Part shown: positions 19,745 through 30,380 of the stretch, piece by piece
Numbering within the stretch: position 1 is the stretch's first letter
Layout of the letters: each line of letters begins with the position of its first letter
Origin: Gemmatimonadota bacterium
Lineage (GTDB): Bacteria > Gemmatimonadota > Gemmatimonadetes > Gemmatimonadales > GWC2-71-9
Reading direction: 5' to 3'
Assembly: GCA_039586365.1 (NCBI GenBank)
Contig: JBDHKN010000035.1
Span: 1-64,000, forward strand
Length of the DNA: 64,000 bases
Notes under the pieces: model-generated
The model's input: only the letters and a program-made list of their open reading frames with translations
Database searches by the model: none
Told to the model about the DNA's origin: nothing
Program-made: the position numbers and the translations under genes

Positions 19745-20617
19745 CTAGGCATTCTCTCGGTCGCTCAAGTCACCCCACTGTAGTTTTTCACGTACTCGGG
19801 TGAAGTACCCTTTCCGTCCAATCCGTACCAATTTCACCGCATCCTTGAGTCGCTTCACCACGACGCGATCGCGTGGCTTCAGCGTCGACTCGAGCTGACC
19901 ATCGTATGACAAGACAACTTCGTCTCTAAGCGGCGGCGCTTGTTGCAGGTATATCACTGCGTCACCGGAGACGACGAGTGGGCGGACGGCCAGCGCATGT
20001 GGGCAGATCGCGGTGATGATGAGTGCATCGACCTCGGGCATGACCATGGGGCCGCCGGCACTCAGGGAGTACGCCGTAGACCCTGTCGGTGTGGATACTA
20101 TGATGCCATCGGAACTGTACTGCCCTACCTCCTCCTCATCGATCCAAACGGTCAAGCGGACTACCCGGGCCACACCCTCTTTGTGAAGCACTATGTCGTT
20201 CAACACCACAGAACGGGCTCGCTCCTCACCTGCCTCATCGACGATACACGCTTCCAGGGCGCCACGCTTCTCGATCCAGTGTTCGCCGCGAACAAAGGCA
20301 TCCAAGGCGCTCTCCAAATGGTCCGGCTTCGTGCTGGTGAGGAACCCGACCCGACCGATATTCACACCCAAGATGGGAACGTCCCGGCTGGCAACCAGCC
20401 GAGCGCCTCTGAGCAGAGTGCCGTCACCTCCAAATGTTATCAGCAGATCGATATCGGGTAGTGCGGTGTCAAACTCTGGTACAGGATTCGGCCACATGTG
20501 TGCCAGCGTTGGCTCAGTGACTACCGTGACACCAAGTGCGGATACTCGTGTATGCAGCTGTGCTAGGAGTTGCGGTAGGTTCTCGTAGCGTTCATTGCCG
20601 ACTACCGCGACTTTCAT
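19745..20617 (-). CDS. nadK: NAD kinase
   Basis: GGDGTLL, LND, DGIIVSTPTGSTAYSLSAGG. Confidence 0.96.
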   Translation of the reverse strand: MKVAVVGNERYENLPQLLAQLHTRVSALGVTVVTEPTLAHMWPNPVPEFDTALPDIDLLITFGGDGTLLRGARLVASRDVPILGVNIGRVGFLTSTKPDHLESALDAFVRGEHWIEKRGALEACIVDEAGEERARSVVLNDIVLHKEGVARVVRLTVWIDEEEVGQYSSDGIIVSTPTGSTAYSLSAGGPMVMPEVDALIITAICPHALAVRPLVVSGDAVIYLQQAPPLRDEVVLSYDGQLESTLKPRDRVVVKRLKDAVKLVRIGRKGYFTRVREKLQWGDLSDRENA

Positions 20618-22518
20618 TTGCTCGGGACGCTTTCTTGAGCTGCCCAGGCCCTCACGCTAGCGGCAATCGCGTCCGCACTCAAACCGGCGTCGCTGAGTTG
20701 TTGTGAGCGCGAGGCGTGTTCGTAGGTCCGATCCGGTGCACCCATGACGACGACCCTCACGTCGTGAGCACGCGCCTCCACCGCCGCAGCCACAAAGGCA
20801 CCAAATCCGTTTGCCCCGGTACCATCCTCAACGGTCACGAGCACCCGGTGCTTGGCAACCAGTTCCTCCATCAGCGCGTGGTCTAGTGGCTTGATGAACC
20901 TGCAGTTCACAACCGTCGGATCCAGTCCCTCAGAGGATAGTAGCTCGGCCGCCCGCAGTGCCGGCTGACACATCACTCCAACAGCGAGAATCGCACATTC
21001 ATTGCCATCACGTAGCACCTCCCACGTGCCGTACGGGACCGGTTTCACTTCGGCCACCGCGGGAGCTGGGACGGATACGCTGTCCCGTGGGTAGCGAATA
21101 GAGAATGGACCATGCTCGTGCTCCAGAGCACAACGCAACAGCCCAATGAGCTCGGCAGCGTCTTTCGGTTGCGTGACAGTCATGTTGGGTACCGAAAGCA
21201 TATAGGCGATGTCGTACAGACCCATATGTGTCTGTCCGTCGGCACCGACCATTCCGGCCCGGTCCAGGCAGAATATCACGGGCAGCTTCTGGATGGCCAC
21301 GTCGTGGATGACGCAATCATACGCTCGCTGGAGGAACGTTGAGTAGATCGCCACCACGGGACGCACTCCCTGCGTCGCGAGGCCCGCGGCAAATGTGGTC
21401 GCGTGAGCTTCGGCTATGCCGACATCGAAGAAGCGATCCGGCCACTTCTGCTGAAACAGGTCGGTGCCGGTCCCTGACGGCATCGCAGCCGTTATTGTCA
21501 CCAACTCGGGGTACTCGCCAGCCAACTCCGCTAGCGCCTGACCGAATATTCGCGTCCACGACAACGACCCATCCGCCTTGCTGGGGCGCAGGATCCCGGT
21601 TACCGGATCATACGGGCTACGCGCGTGGAACCTCTCGTGGTCCGACTGCTCCCCAGGGAACCCCTTTCCTTTCTCGGTGAGAACGTGCACGATGCGGGGC
21701 CCGTGCAGGCTCTTGACCATTTCGAACGTCTTGAGCATCGCCTCGATGTCGTGTCCGTCGAGCGGCCCGAAATACCTCAACCCGAACTCTTCGAACAGCA
21801 TGCCGGGGGACCAGAGATTCTTGATACTCTCCTCGATGTTGCGGGCCAGGTCCACCATGCGGGCACCACCCACGACCTTTGACGTCCGCTCTATTACATG
21901 TTTGATGCGCTCACGCAATCGGTTGGTCACGGGGCTAGCAATGATGGAACCGAGATATCTACTCATCGCTCCGACGTTGGGGGCTATAGACATCCCATTG
22001 TCGTTGAGTACCATGATGATGTCCCGTTCCGAATGGCCCGCGTTGTTCAGACCCTCGTACGGGAGACCGCACGTCATCGATCCATCACCCACGACAGCTA
22101 CGACGTGGTAATCCTCTCCCCTCAAGTCCCTTGCCGTCGCAATGCCGTAGGCCGCCGACATGGCCGTACCGGCATGTCCGGCCCCGAAGATGTCGTGGTC
22201 ACTTTCATCTCGGCGCAGGAAACCGGACAAGCCGCCTTGCTGTCTCAACGTGTTCAGGCGGGCGTTGCGGCCGGTGAGCACCTTCCAGGGGTAGCCCTGA
22301 TGCCCGACATCCCAGACGATCTTGTCGCGCGGTGACTCAAAGCTGTACAGCAAAGCCACGGTTAGCTCGACCACTCCGAGACCCGCGCCTATGTGACCCC
22401 CGGTTTCGGAAACAACCTCGATGAGCCGCCTGCGCACTTCGTCAGCTAGCTCTTGCAGCTGCTCCTTCGTGAGCCGCTTGACGTCTTCAGGTCCCTCTAT
22501 CGATTCCAGCAATCCCAT
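20614..22518 (-). CDS. dxs: 1-deoxy-D-xylulose-5-phosphate synthase
   Basis: GGHIGAGLG, WDVGHQ, GDGSMT, DVGIAEAHA, YSTFLQRAYD. Confidence 0.97.
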   Translation of the reverse strand: MGLLESIEGPEDVKRLTKEQLQELADEVRRRLIEVVSETGGHIGAGLGVVELTVALLYSFESPRDKIVWDVGHQGYPWKVLTGRNARLNTLRQQGGLSGFLRRDESDHDIFGAGHAGTAMSAAYGIATARDLRGEDYHVVAVVGDGSMTCGLPYEGLNNAGHSERDIIMVLNDNGMSIAPNVGAMSRYLGSIIASPVTNRLRERIKHVIERTSKVVGGARMVDLARNIEESIKNLWSPGMLFEEFGLRYFGPLDGHDIEAMLKTFEMVKSLHGPRIVHVLTEKGKGFPGEQSDHERFHARSPYDPVTGILRPSKADGSLSWTRIFGQALAELAGEYPELVTITAAMPSGTGTDLFQQKWPDRFFDVGIAEAHATTFAAGLATQGVRPVVAIYSTFLQRAYDCVIHDVAIQKLPVIFCLDRAGMVGADGQTHMGLYDIAYMLSVPNMTVTQPKDAAELIGLLRCALEHEHGPFSIRYPRDSVSVPAPAVAEVKPVPYGTWEVLRDGNECAILAVGVMCQPALRAAELLSSEGLDPTVVNCRFIKPLDHALMEELVAKHRVLVTVEDGTGANGFGAFVAAAVEARAHDVRVVVMGAPDRTYEHASRSQQLSDAGLSADAIAASVRAWAAQESVPSK

Positions 22519-22556
22519 TATTCAGCCACCATAGAATTCCTACCGGAACTAAGCTG

Positions 22557-23408
22557 CTAGTTGCTCCGCTCCGTAATGAAGTGAGCCAGCGCACCGAGCA
22601 ATCCAGAATCTAGTCCTACAGACGCCAGGTGGTCTACGGCTCGTTGAACATGCCCTGCGGCTTCCTGGGTGGCCTGTTGCACACCCACCAGGGTCGCGAA
22701 TGTGGCCTTGCGCTGCTGCGCGTCCTTGCCTGCCGTCTTGCCCAGATCCAAGGATGTCCCCGTGGCATCCAGGACATCATCCACTATCTGGAATGCCAAA
22801 CCCGCCTCATTCCCATACATCCGTACAGCCTCGACCTGTTCCTGCGCGGCCTCCGCCGCCAACGCTCCCATCACGCCACTCGCTGTGATCAAGGCTCCTG
22901 TCTTTGCCTCGTGAATCCGTACCAATTCGTCGCGCGATATTTCACGCCCCTCTGCCTCCAAATCCAGCACCTGACCGCAGATCATTCCAGCAGCCCCGGC
23001 CGCGCGAAACAACTCGAGTGCAACGGCACAGGTCGTTCGGTGTGACAGTCTCAGTTCGCTCGCTCCCACGACGAGTATCCGCCCAGCGAGAGGCACCATG
23101 CGAAACGCGGCCTCGGTCGCGGTGGCGACATCAAACTGGCGATGGGTGGTAGGGCGACCCCGTCGCAAGTCGTCGTCGTCCATGCAGGGTAGATCGTCGT
23201 GCACCAGCGAGTAGGTGTGCACCACCTCCACGGCCGCGGCCAGCTCGGCGGGATCCCCACTGCCACCCAACTCGCGGTAGGCCGCTGTGAGCAGAGCCGG
23301 CCTCAAACGCTTGCCGGAAGTGGACAGGCTGTACGCCAAGGCCTCACCCACAGCTCCAGAGTGTTGCCCTTTCATCCGCTGACCCCAGCGTTCCAGTACT
23401 CGGTCCAC
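22557..23408 (-). CDS. ispA: Polyprenyl (farnesyl/geranylgeranyl) diphosphate synthase
   Basis: GKRLRP, SLVHDDLPCMDDDDLRRG, FQIVDDVLD, GKTAGKD; start uncertain (GTG 23408 or CTG 23462). Confidence 0.93.
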   Translation of the reverse strand: MDRVLERWGQRMKGQHSGAVGEALAYSLSTSGKRLRPALLTAAYRELGGSGDPAELAAAVEVVHTYSLVHDDLPCMDDDDLRRGRPTTHRQFDVATATEAAFRMVPLAGRILVVGASELRLSHRTTCAVALELFRAAGAAGMICGQVLDLEAEGREISRDELVRIHEAKTGALITASGVMGALAAEAAQEQVEAVRMYGNEAGLAFQIVDDVLDATGTSLDLGKTAGKDAQQRKATFATLVGVQQATQEAAGHVQRAVDHLASVGLDSGLLGALAHFITERSN

Positions 23409-23442
23409 AGCCTCTTTTGTAGCTGTGAGGAACGGGCGAGGA

Positions 23443-23688
23443 TCAGAGATCGAGGTGGTCAGTGCTGACGGAACCGTCCGCTTCCTCCAATACGCGTCTG
23501 ACAGTGAGTTCAGATTGCTGCAACAACTCGCGGGCCCTACTGAGACTGCGTACTCCGTCTTCAAATAGCTTCAGGGCTCGATCGAGGTCCACGTCGTTCC
23601 CCTCGAGCGCACGTACGATCTCTTCCAGTCGTTCAATTTCGGCTCGAAACGAGACCTTCTTAACCTTCGCTTCAGCTGGCTTCTTCAT
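23443..23688 (-). CDS. xseB: Exodeoxyribonuclease VII small subunit
   Basis: SF...RLEEIVRALE...LDRALKLFEDG; between xseA and ispA. Confidence 0.93.
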   Translation of the reverse strand: MKKPAEAKVKKVSFRAEIERLEEIVRALEGNDVDLDRALKLFEDGVRSLSRARELLQQSELTVRRVLEEADGSVSTDHLDL

Positions 23689-23700
23689 ACCGCTCACCCG

Positions 23701-24873
23701 CTACCCCACGGTTCCGTCTGTCTTAGCCCTCACATCTCCGTCCGAAACCGTGAGGCGGAATTCCTCACCGGCAACGAAGTCTCGCACGCATCTACGCACT
23801 TTACCCGTATCGGCCCGCGCTACTGAGTACCCCCGCTGGAGAACCTTGAGAGGGCTGAGCGCATCGAGCTTGCCACTGAGTCGATCGACCAGCGCCCCAC
23901 AGCGTCCGACCTGCATCTGAACAGCAGCCGTGAGCCGGTCAGCCGTGCGCGCCAAGCGTTCTTTCCCGAGATCGGTGTGGCTCGTCAGTCCCTGGGCCAG
24001 GCGGCCGGCCAGCGCATCGAGCGCAGCGGTAACTGATTCACGATCAGGCACAGCCGTCTCTGCAGCCGCGGACGGCGTCGGAGCACGAACATCGGCCACG
24101 AGATCAGTGAGTGCCAGATCGGTTTCGTGACCCACCGCCGAGATCGTCGGGACCCTGACCGCTGCAACCGCCCGCGCGACCATCTCACTGTTGAAGGTCC
24201 ATAGATCCTCGCGAGACCCACCGCCCCGTCCTACGAGCACGAGATCCACGTCCGGGATGCGATTGACCAAGCGCAGCGCAGTGCAGAGCTCCTCTTCCGC
24301 CCCCTCACCCTGTACTCGCGTCGCGACTACCAGCACTTCAACCACCGGCCAACGACGTTCGATAACGTACACGATGTCCCGCAAAGCTGCCCCATCGGGG
24401 CTAGTTACCACGGCGATCCTGCGTGGATAGGTCGGCAACGACTTCTTGCGTGCCGGATCGAGCAGTCCGTCCCTCTCCAAAGCAGCTTTCGCCTTTTCCA
24501 GCCGGATCTGCCACAGACCGCCGGTTTCGGTGGGAACGAGCTGTCTTACAGTGAGCCGGAACTCGCCCCGTTCCTCCCACACAGTGGGTCGCGCATCCAC
24601 GAAGACCTGCATGCCATCGTCCGGTGGACCCGGCAGGCGCTGGTTGTCGCTACGCCACATGACACAGCGGACCTGGGATTGAGCGTCGCGCAACGAGAAA
24701 TACCAATGGCCGCTTTGGTATGCCTTGAACCCAGTCACCTCACCTCGTACCCACAGACGGTCCAGCCCTGACTCGATCAGACGACGCGCGCGTTTCGTTA
24801 CGTCCGAAACGCTCCACGCACCCTCGTTCGAGTCGCTGGCAGAGTTGGAGAATAGGTCTAGGCCTGCGCCCAC
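23701..24873 (-). CDS. xseA: Exodeoxyribonuclease VII large subunit
   Basis: SGHWYFSLRD, VVTSPDGAALRD, GRGGGSREDLW, SAVGHETD, TPSAAAE. Confidence 0.96.
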   Translation of the reverse strand: MGAGLDLFSNSASDSNEGAWSVSDVTKRARRLIESGLDRLWVRGEVTGFKAYQSGHWYFSLRDAQSQVRCVMWRSDNQRLPGPPDDGMQVFVDARPTVWEERGEFRLTVRQLVPTETGGLWQIRLEKAKAALERDGLLDPARKKSLPTYPRRIAVVTSPDGAALRDIVYVIERRWPVVEVLVVATRVQGEGAEEELCTALRLVNRIPDVDLVLVGRGGGSREDLWTFNSEMVARAVAAVRVPTISAVGHETDLALTDLVADVRAPTPSAAAETAVPDRESVTAALDALAGRLAQGLTSHTDLGKERLARTADRLTAAVQMQVGRCGALVDRLSGKLDALSPLKVLQRGYSVARADTGKVRRCVRDFVAGEEFRLTVSDGDVRAKTDGTVG

Positions 24874-25745
24874 CGCTTGGCAGCCTGCACCGTGTTATGG
24901 AGGAGCATCGTTATCGTCATCGGCCCCACACCGCCGGGAACCGGAGTGATGGCCGCAGCCACTTCCTTAGCTTTGTCGAACTCGACATCACCCACCAGCC
25001 GATAGCCTTTGTCCGCGGAGGGATCCACCACTCGGTTCGTTCCGACGTCGATCACCACCGCTCCCGGCCTGATCCAGTCGGCTTTGACGAACTCTGGCAC
25101 GCCAATCGCAGCAATCAAGATATCTCCCTGGCGAGTGACCGTAGGAAGCTCCTTAGTGCGAGAGTGACAGACAGTGACGGTTGCATTGGCCCCTTTCGCC
25201 TTCTGCAGCAACAGTGACGCCATCGGCCGCCCGACGACATTCGACCTGCCGACTATCACCACATGGGCTCCTTCGACCTCCACCCCAGAGCGCACTAGCA
25301 TGTGCTGAACGCCAAAGGGCGTTGCCGGACAGAACCCGGTTGGATCGCCATTCGCCACTTTGCCCACGTTTACCGGATGGAACCCGTCAACGTCCTTTTC
25401 GGGAAGGATGCGGTGCAACGCCTGGCGCTCGTTGATCTGACTGGGAAGCGGCAGCTGTACCAGAAATCCGTGGATCCTCGAGTCCGCATTCAGCCGGTCG
25501 ATCACGGCCAGCAAGTCGCTCCCGGTGGCATCGGCCGGTAGCTTGATGGTTTGGCTGTGAATGCCGATCTTCTCGCAGGCTTTCCCCTTCATGCGCACGT
25601 ACACCTGACTGGCCGGATCATCGCCAACCAGCACCACGGCCAAGCCCGGCGTTACTCCACCTGCCCTCAGCTCCTCTATTTCCGTGGCGAGCTCCGCCCG
25701 CATTTCTTCAGCTATCGCCCTGCCGTCGATGATCTTAGCGTGCAA
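24858..25745 (-). CDS. folD: Methylenetetrahydrofolate dehydrogenase/cyclohydrolase
   Basis: LVQLPLP, KDVDGFHP, GRSNVVGRP, TPVPGGVGPMT. Confidence 0.97.
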   Translation of the reverse strand: MHAKIIDGRAIAEEMRAELATEIEELRAGGVTPGLAVVLVGDDPASQVYVRMKGKACEKIGIHSQTIKLPADATGSDLLAVIDRLNADSRIHGFLVQLPLPSQINERQALHRILPEKDVDGFHPVNVGKVANGDPTGFCPATPFGVQHMLVRSGVEVEGAHVVIVGRSNVVGRPMASLLLQKAKGANATVTVCHSRTKELPTVTRQGDILIAAIGVPEFVKADWIRPGAVVIDVGTNRVVDPSADKGYRLVGDVEFDKAKEVAAAITPVPGGVGPMTITMLLHNTVQAAKRWAQA

Positions 25746-27315
25746 AATCCACAGCCCTCGTTTCTCGAATCACCACCACCTTGATCTGTCCCGGATACTG
25801 GAGCTCATTCTCAATCCGCCGCGCAATTTCGTCGGAGAGAGACACGGCTCGTTCGTCACCGACTGCATCAGGAGACACGACTATCCGGATCTCTCGTCCC
25901 GCCTGTATCGCGAAGGCTTTCTCGACCCCTTTGAAGCCGGTGGCAATATCCTCGAGATTGGTCAATCGCTTGACATAGGTGTCGAATGCCTCGCGACGCG
26001 CCCCTGGCCGTGACCCGCTCACAGAATCCGCCGCCTGTACAATTACCGAGATTGGGGTTTCGTGGGCAACGTCGTCGTGATGCGCAGCTATGGCATTCAC
26101 CACGACCTGGTGCTCGCCGTACCTCTCGGCCACCTCAACCCCAAGTTCTACATGGGTACCTTCGTGTTGGTGAGTGAGCACCTTGCCGATATCGTGCAGC
26201 AGCGCACCACGTTTGGCTAGATGAACGTCCAGCTTAAGTTCGGCCGCCATTATGCCGGCCAGCCAGGCGACCTCCTTGGAGTGAGCGAGAATATTCTGAC
26301 CGTAAGACGTACGGTATTTCATCCGCCCTACCAGCTTGATCAGCTCGGGATGCATACCGGTTATTCCAAGCTCATACGCCGTTTGCTCACCCGCGTCAAC
26401 GATGTCCTCTTCGATCTGCTTGCTGATCTTCGCCACGACTTCCTCGATACGCCCCGGATGGATGCGACCATCCGCAATGAGCTCTTCGAGAGCGAGCCTA
26501 GCAGTCTCGCGCCGTACCGGGTCGAAACACGAAATCACCACGGTATCGGGAGTGTCGTCGATTATCACGTCCACTCCTGTCGCCGTCTCGAATGCCCGGA
26601 TATTGCGGCCTTCCCGGCCGATAATGCGGCCTTTCATTTCGTCGGAGGGCAGCGCCACGGCAGACACGCTGGTGTTCGCCGCATGCTCGGAAGCAATCCG
26701 CTGCACCGCGAGAGCGACGATCTTCTTGGCCTCTCGATCCGCACCACGTCTTGCCTCTTCTTTGATGTCCCGTATCGTGGCAGCGGCATCGCTCTTAGCC
26801 GCGTCGGTCATCTCCTGAATCAACAGCGCCTTGGCTTCCCCCTCGCTCATGCCGGACAATTCCTCGAGCCGCTTGCGATGCTCTGTGATTGCTTCCGTCA
26901 CGCCCTGTTCCTTCTCGGTCAGGTGCTTCTCCCGATCGCGCACTGACTGCTCGCGCCGTTTCAGCTCCTTGTCACGATCGTCGAGCGCATTGAGCTTCCG
27001 GTCGATCAGCGTTTCTCGTTCGCCGACTCTCGCTTGCAGCCGATCCAGTTCTTCACGACGGCGCTTCTCCTCAGTATCCCACTCCTCGCGCAGCCTTATC
27101 ACTTCTTCCTTGCCAGCCAGCACCGCTTGGGCACGGGCTGCTGCTGCATCGCGCCCAGCTTCGGCTAAGATCCGTTGGGATTGCTGCTCGGCTGATTCCC
27201 CGGCTGCATCGGCTATGCGCCGTTCGACCCGCCTCCCGAATACGTAAAAGACCGCCCCGGCAATCACTGCAGCGCCGAAAGCGGCCATCACCAAAACGAG
27301 GAGGTCCGTACCCAT
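25735..27315 (-). CDS. rny: Ribonuclease Y
   Basis: N-terminal TM, coiled coil, KH (KGRIIGREGRNIR), HD (LLHDIGK). Confidence 0.97.
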   Translation of the reverse strand: MGTDLLVLVMAAFGAAVIAGAVFYVFGRRVERRIADAAGESAEQQSQRILAEAGRDAAAARAQAVLAGKEEVIRLREEWDTEEKRRREELDRLQARVGERETLIDRKLNALDDRDKELKRREQSVRDREKHLTEKEQGVTEAITEHRKRLEELSGMSEGEAKALLIQEMTDAAKSDAAATIRDIKEEARRGADREAKKIVALAVQRIASEHAANTSVSAVALPSDEMKGRIIGREGRNIRAFETATGVDVIIDDTPDTVVISCFDPVRRETARLALEELIADGRIHPGRIEEVVAKISKQIEEDIVDAGEQTAYELGITGMHPELIKLVGRMKYRTSYGQNILAHSKEVAWLAGIMAAELKLDVHLAKRGALLHDIGKVLTHQHEGTHVELGVEVAERYGEHQVVVNAIAAHHDDVAHETPISVIVQAADSVSGSRPGARREAFDTYVKRLTNLEDIATGFKGVEKAFAIQAGREIRIVVSPDAVGDERAVSLSDEIARRIENELQYPGQIKVVVIRETRAVDFAR

Positions 27316-27414
27316 GTATCTATCTCCAGCGACAACGGGCTAGTGGTCCCAGCACCGCTGTCGTACCAAGCAAGCTGACGTCAGACAGCAATCCGAACCG
27401 GCTAACAGCGAAAG

Positions 27415-27750
27415 TTACGTTCCTTCACCGGACGGAGCAAATGACCCAGTCGCCCGCGAACTCCGTTTGACAGGGGGAAGAACTCGACAGAGATCCGTAG
27501 CCATGTTACTTACCCGGTCTGCTATCTCGTGAGCTAGCCTGCGTTCCTGGAATAGCTCATCCGTGATGGCCAACGCCACAAGGATGGCCGCCTTGTGTGT
27601 CTCCACCATCGTTCCAGAAGACAAGACTTCTTTGAGCGCTCGGTCGACATGCTCGGCTACGGCTTTCGTGTATTCGACAGGACGATCCGACTTGAGCGTG
27701 TACTCGTCGGCACCGATGGTGACCTTGACAATAGTCCTGTTGCTCGTCAT
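27415..27750 (-). CDS. zapA: Cell division protein ZapA
   Basis: VKVTIGADEYTL...VAEHVD...AILVALAITDELF; position between pheT and rny. Confidence 0.88.
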   Translation of the reverse strand: MTSNRTIVKVTIGADEYTLKSDRPVEYTKAVAEHVDRALKEVLSSGTMVETHKAAILVALAITDELFQERRLAHEIADRVSNMATDLCRVLPPVKRSSRATGSFAPSGEGT

Positions 27751-28043
27751 CGGCTCTGCTCCTCCAGTTCAACCTGCTCCTCCAGGAACTCCAGACGAGC
27801 CAGGAGATCGGCCATCCTCCGTCGAGCAGCGTTCAGGCGGCTCGTCACCTGCGCATTCTCGGTCTCGAGCTCCTTGATCTTTGCGTGAGAAGTCACGACA
27901 TCGTGCTCGACCCCAATCGAAGCTCGTTCTGACTCCGCTTTCAATGCTCGACGCCGCCACGACGCGAGCTCGTCCTTCACGTGTTCAAGGACTCGCGACA
28001 GCTCGTCGAGCGCTGCGAACTCAGGCCTGTCTGAGTTCGACAC
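27747..28043 (-). CDS. Coiled-coil protein, ZapB-like by position
   Basis: Heptad-rich 98 aa between pheT and zapA. Confidence 0.7.
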   Translation of the reverse strand: MSNSDRPEFAALDELSRVLEHVKDELASWRRRALKAESERASIGVEHDVVTSHAKIKELETENAQVTSRLNAARRRMADLLARLEFLEEQVELEEQSR

Positions 28044-30378
28044 TCAATTGCTCCTTGAGTCCTTTGAGCACGCGTTGCACGATTCGGTCAACTTCCTTGT
28101 CCTTGAGGGTCCGCTCCGGAGCCCTGAACACCAAGCGCCAGGCGACACTGCGTCCGGCGAGATCGTCGGCCCGGTACTCGTCGAACAACTCTACCCCCTC
28201 GAGTAGACCGCCGGCAGCCTCCCGCATCGAAGCCTCCACGTGTTCGGCTCGAACACCGGGCGGCAAGACCAGAGCGAGATCGCGCTCAACCGGTGGAGTC
28301 GCGGGTAGCGGTCGATAACGCGCACCGCTCCCATCTGAGGATACGACGTCGAACTCGAACCCAAACAGCGGTGCGGCCCAAGCCGGACGCTCGGCCTGCA
28401 GGGCGCCAGCCCAAGCCCGCGTGTGCCCCTCAGCATCTACCTGGACCCACGCACCGTCTCGCCAGCTCAGCGCACCCGCTGGCCCACACGCGTTGCGGGC
28501 CTCTTCAAAAATATGCTTCAGATCCCAAAGATCGTAATCGGCGGCCGGTGACCCTGACGACCAATGTGACGGGTTACGGGACCCCGATACGATCCCAGCC
28601 AACCGCAAGGTCTCTTGAGGTTGGACTCCAGGTCCCCGGGCCTCAAACACCGTTCCAATCTCAAACAGTCGAATATCGCGCTCCCGAACTGACCAATTGC
28701 GATCTGCTGCTCTTGCCAAGCCATCCAGCAGAGATTCCCTCAGCCTCACTTCAGCCGCCGACATCGGATTGAGTATCGCCTGAGCGCGCTCGCCTCCGGT
28801 CGCCACCAACGAGATCGTACGGGCCTCGTTCATGCCAAGTTGGGTGAGCAGACGTCTGGCTCGGCCCTTCAAAGACTCCACCGGATCGTTTGGCACTGTG
28901 CTTGGTCTGAAGGGCCGCATCTCAACCGGGAACTCGTCGTAACCCTTGAGACGCGCTACCTCCTCAATAAGATCCACTTCACGAGTCACGTCGGGACGCC
29001 AGCCAGGCACCTGAACCGCCATCCGATCGTTCTTGGGGGCTACCACGAATCCGACGCTGACGAGATGCCGTTCTATCTCCTCGTTGGTCACAGGGGTGCC
29101 GAGCAGGTGCTCGACTCGTGCCGGACGCAGGAAGATCGAGCTGCTCTTCACAGGCTTGGGATATACATCCACGGCCGCTTCGATCTCTTTTCCCCCGGCC
29201 ACGGCGCGAATCAGCGCCACCGCACGACGCACCACATCGGGCATCGCATGAATGTCCAGTCCCCGCTCGAACCTGTAGGAGGCCTCAGTGTTCATCCGCA
29301 GCTTCTTCCGGGTCGCACGAATCCTCTTGCGATCGAAATGCGCGCACTCGAGAAGAACGTCGGTGGTAGCGTCGGACACCTCTGACTCAGCCCCACCCAT
29401 GACCCCGGCAATAGCCGTGGGACCTTCCCCGTCACAGATCAGTGTCATACCCGGCTCGAGCTCGCGCTTCTCGCCGTCGAGGGTCGTCATGTGCTCGCCA
29501 GGTAGCGCCGAGCGGATTACGAGCCTGCTGCCCCGAACCTTGGCGAGATCAAATGCGTGCAACGGTTGGTTCAGTTCGAATAGGATGTAGTTGGTCGCAT
29601 CCACGACGTTGTTGATTGGTCGAGCACCGACGCTACGAAGCCGAGCCTGCAGCCAATTGGGCGACGGACCAATCTGAACTCCGCGGATCGCTGCAGCGAT
29701 GTAGCGAGGACAGCCGGCGGGGTCTTCGACGATCACGTCTATTCCATCCACGCTGCCGGAACCCCTGGTCCGTCGCGGATTGCCACCTTCAGACGGGGCG
29801 CCAGGGATCGGCTCCAGACGCACCACGCCGTGGTATGCCGCAGCCAACTCCCGCGCGACACCCTTGTGGCACAATAGGTCGGGTCGGTTTGCGGTCACAT
29901 CAAGCTCTAGCCGCGTGTCTGCCAGACCCAGTGCCTCAGTCAGTTCTGTTCCAGGCTCGGCATCGACGTGAAGCTCCATGATGCCGGCGTGGTCCACACC
30001 CATTTCCAGCTCACGCTCCGACAGAAGCATACCATGCGACGTTACTCCACGGATCTTCCGGGACGTGAGCTTGAGCCCCCCCGGCAGCTCGAGGCCAACT
30101 GCCGCGTACGGATAGGTCTTCCCGGCCTGGACATTGGGTGCCCCACACACGACTTCGACTACCTTTGATCCGTCGTTCACCTGACAGACAGAAAGTCGGT
30201 CCGCATTTGGGTGCTGTGCGACGTGCTCGACCAATCCGACGACCACACCTTCGAGCCCTTGATATAAGGGCTCAACACTGTCCACGGGAGCTCCGAGCAT
30301 TGCCAGCTTCTGCGCGGCTTCGGTGGGATCAATTTCCTGACCCAGCAGGCTTGCAAGCCAGTTGACGGAAACGTTCAT
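28021..30378 (-). CDS. pheT: Phenylalanyl-tRNA synthetase beta subunit
   Basis: HPNADRL, CGAPNV, TANRPD, ASYRFERG, DLIEEVAR, FDX-ACB C-terminus. Confidence 0.97.
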   Translation of the reverse strand: MNVSVNWLASLLGQEIDPTEAAQKLAMLGAPVDSVEPLYQGLEGVVVGLVEHVAQHPNADRLSVCQVNDGSKVVEVVCGAPNVQAGKTYPYAAVGLELPGGLKLTSRKIRGVTSHGMLLSERELEMGVDHAGIMELHVDAEPGTELTEALGLADTRLELDVTANRPDLLCHKGVARELAAAYHGVVRLEPIPGAPSEGGNPRRTRGSGSVDGIDVIVEDPAGCPRYIAAAIRGVQIGPSPNWLQARLRSVGARPINNVVDATNYILFELNQPLHAFDLAKVRGSRLVIRSALPGEHMTTLDGEKRELEPGMTLICDGEGPTAIAGVMGGAESEVSDATTDVLLECAHFDRKRIRATRKKLRMNTEASYRFERGLDIHAMPDVVRRAVALIRAVAGGKEIEAAVDVYPKPVKSSSIFLRPARVEHLLGTPVTNEEIERHLVSVGFVVAPKNDRMAVQVPGWRPDVTREVDLIEEVARLKGYDEFPVEMRPFRPSTVPNDPVESLKGRARRLLTQLGMNEARTISLVATGGERAQAILNPMSAAEVRLRESLLDGLARAADRNWSVRERDIRLFEIGTVFEARGPGVQPQETLRLAGIVSGSRNPSHWSSGSPAADYDLWDLKHIFEEARNACGPAGALSWRDGAWVQVDAEGHTRAWAGALQAERPAWAAPLFGFEFDVVSSDGSGARYRPLPATPPVERDLALVLPPGVRAEHVEASMREAAGGLLEGVELFDEYRADDLAGRSVAWRLVFRAPERTLKDKEVDRIVQRVLKGLKEQLSVELRQA

Positions 30379-30380
30379 TC

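Noticed and set aside
27316..27414. 6S RNA expected between zapA and rny
   Set aside because: The spacer is only about 100 bp with one hairpin; it is too short and has no recognisable 6S central bubble.
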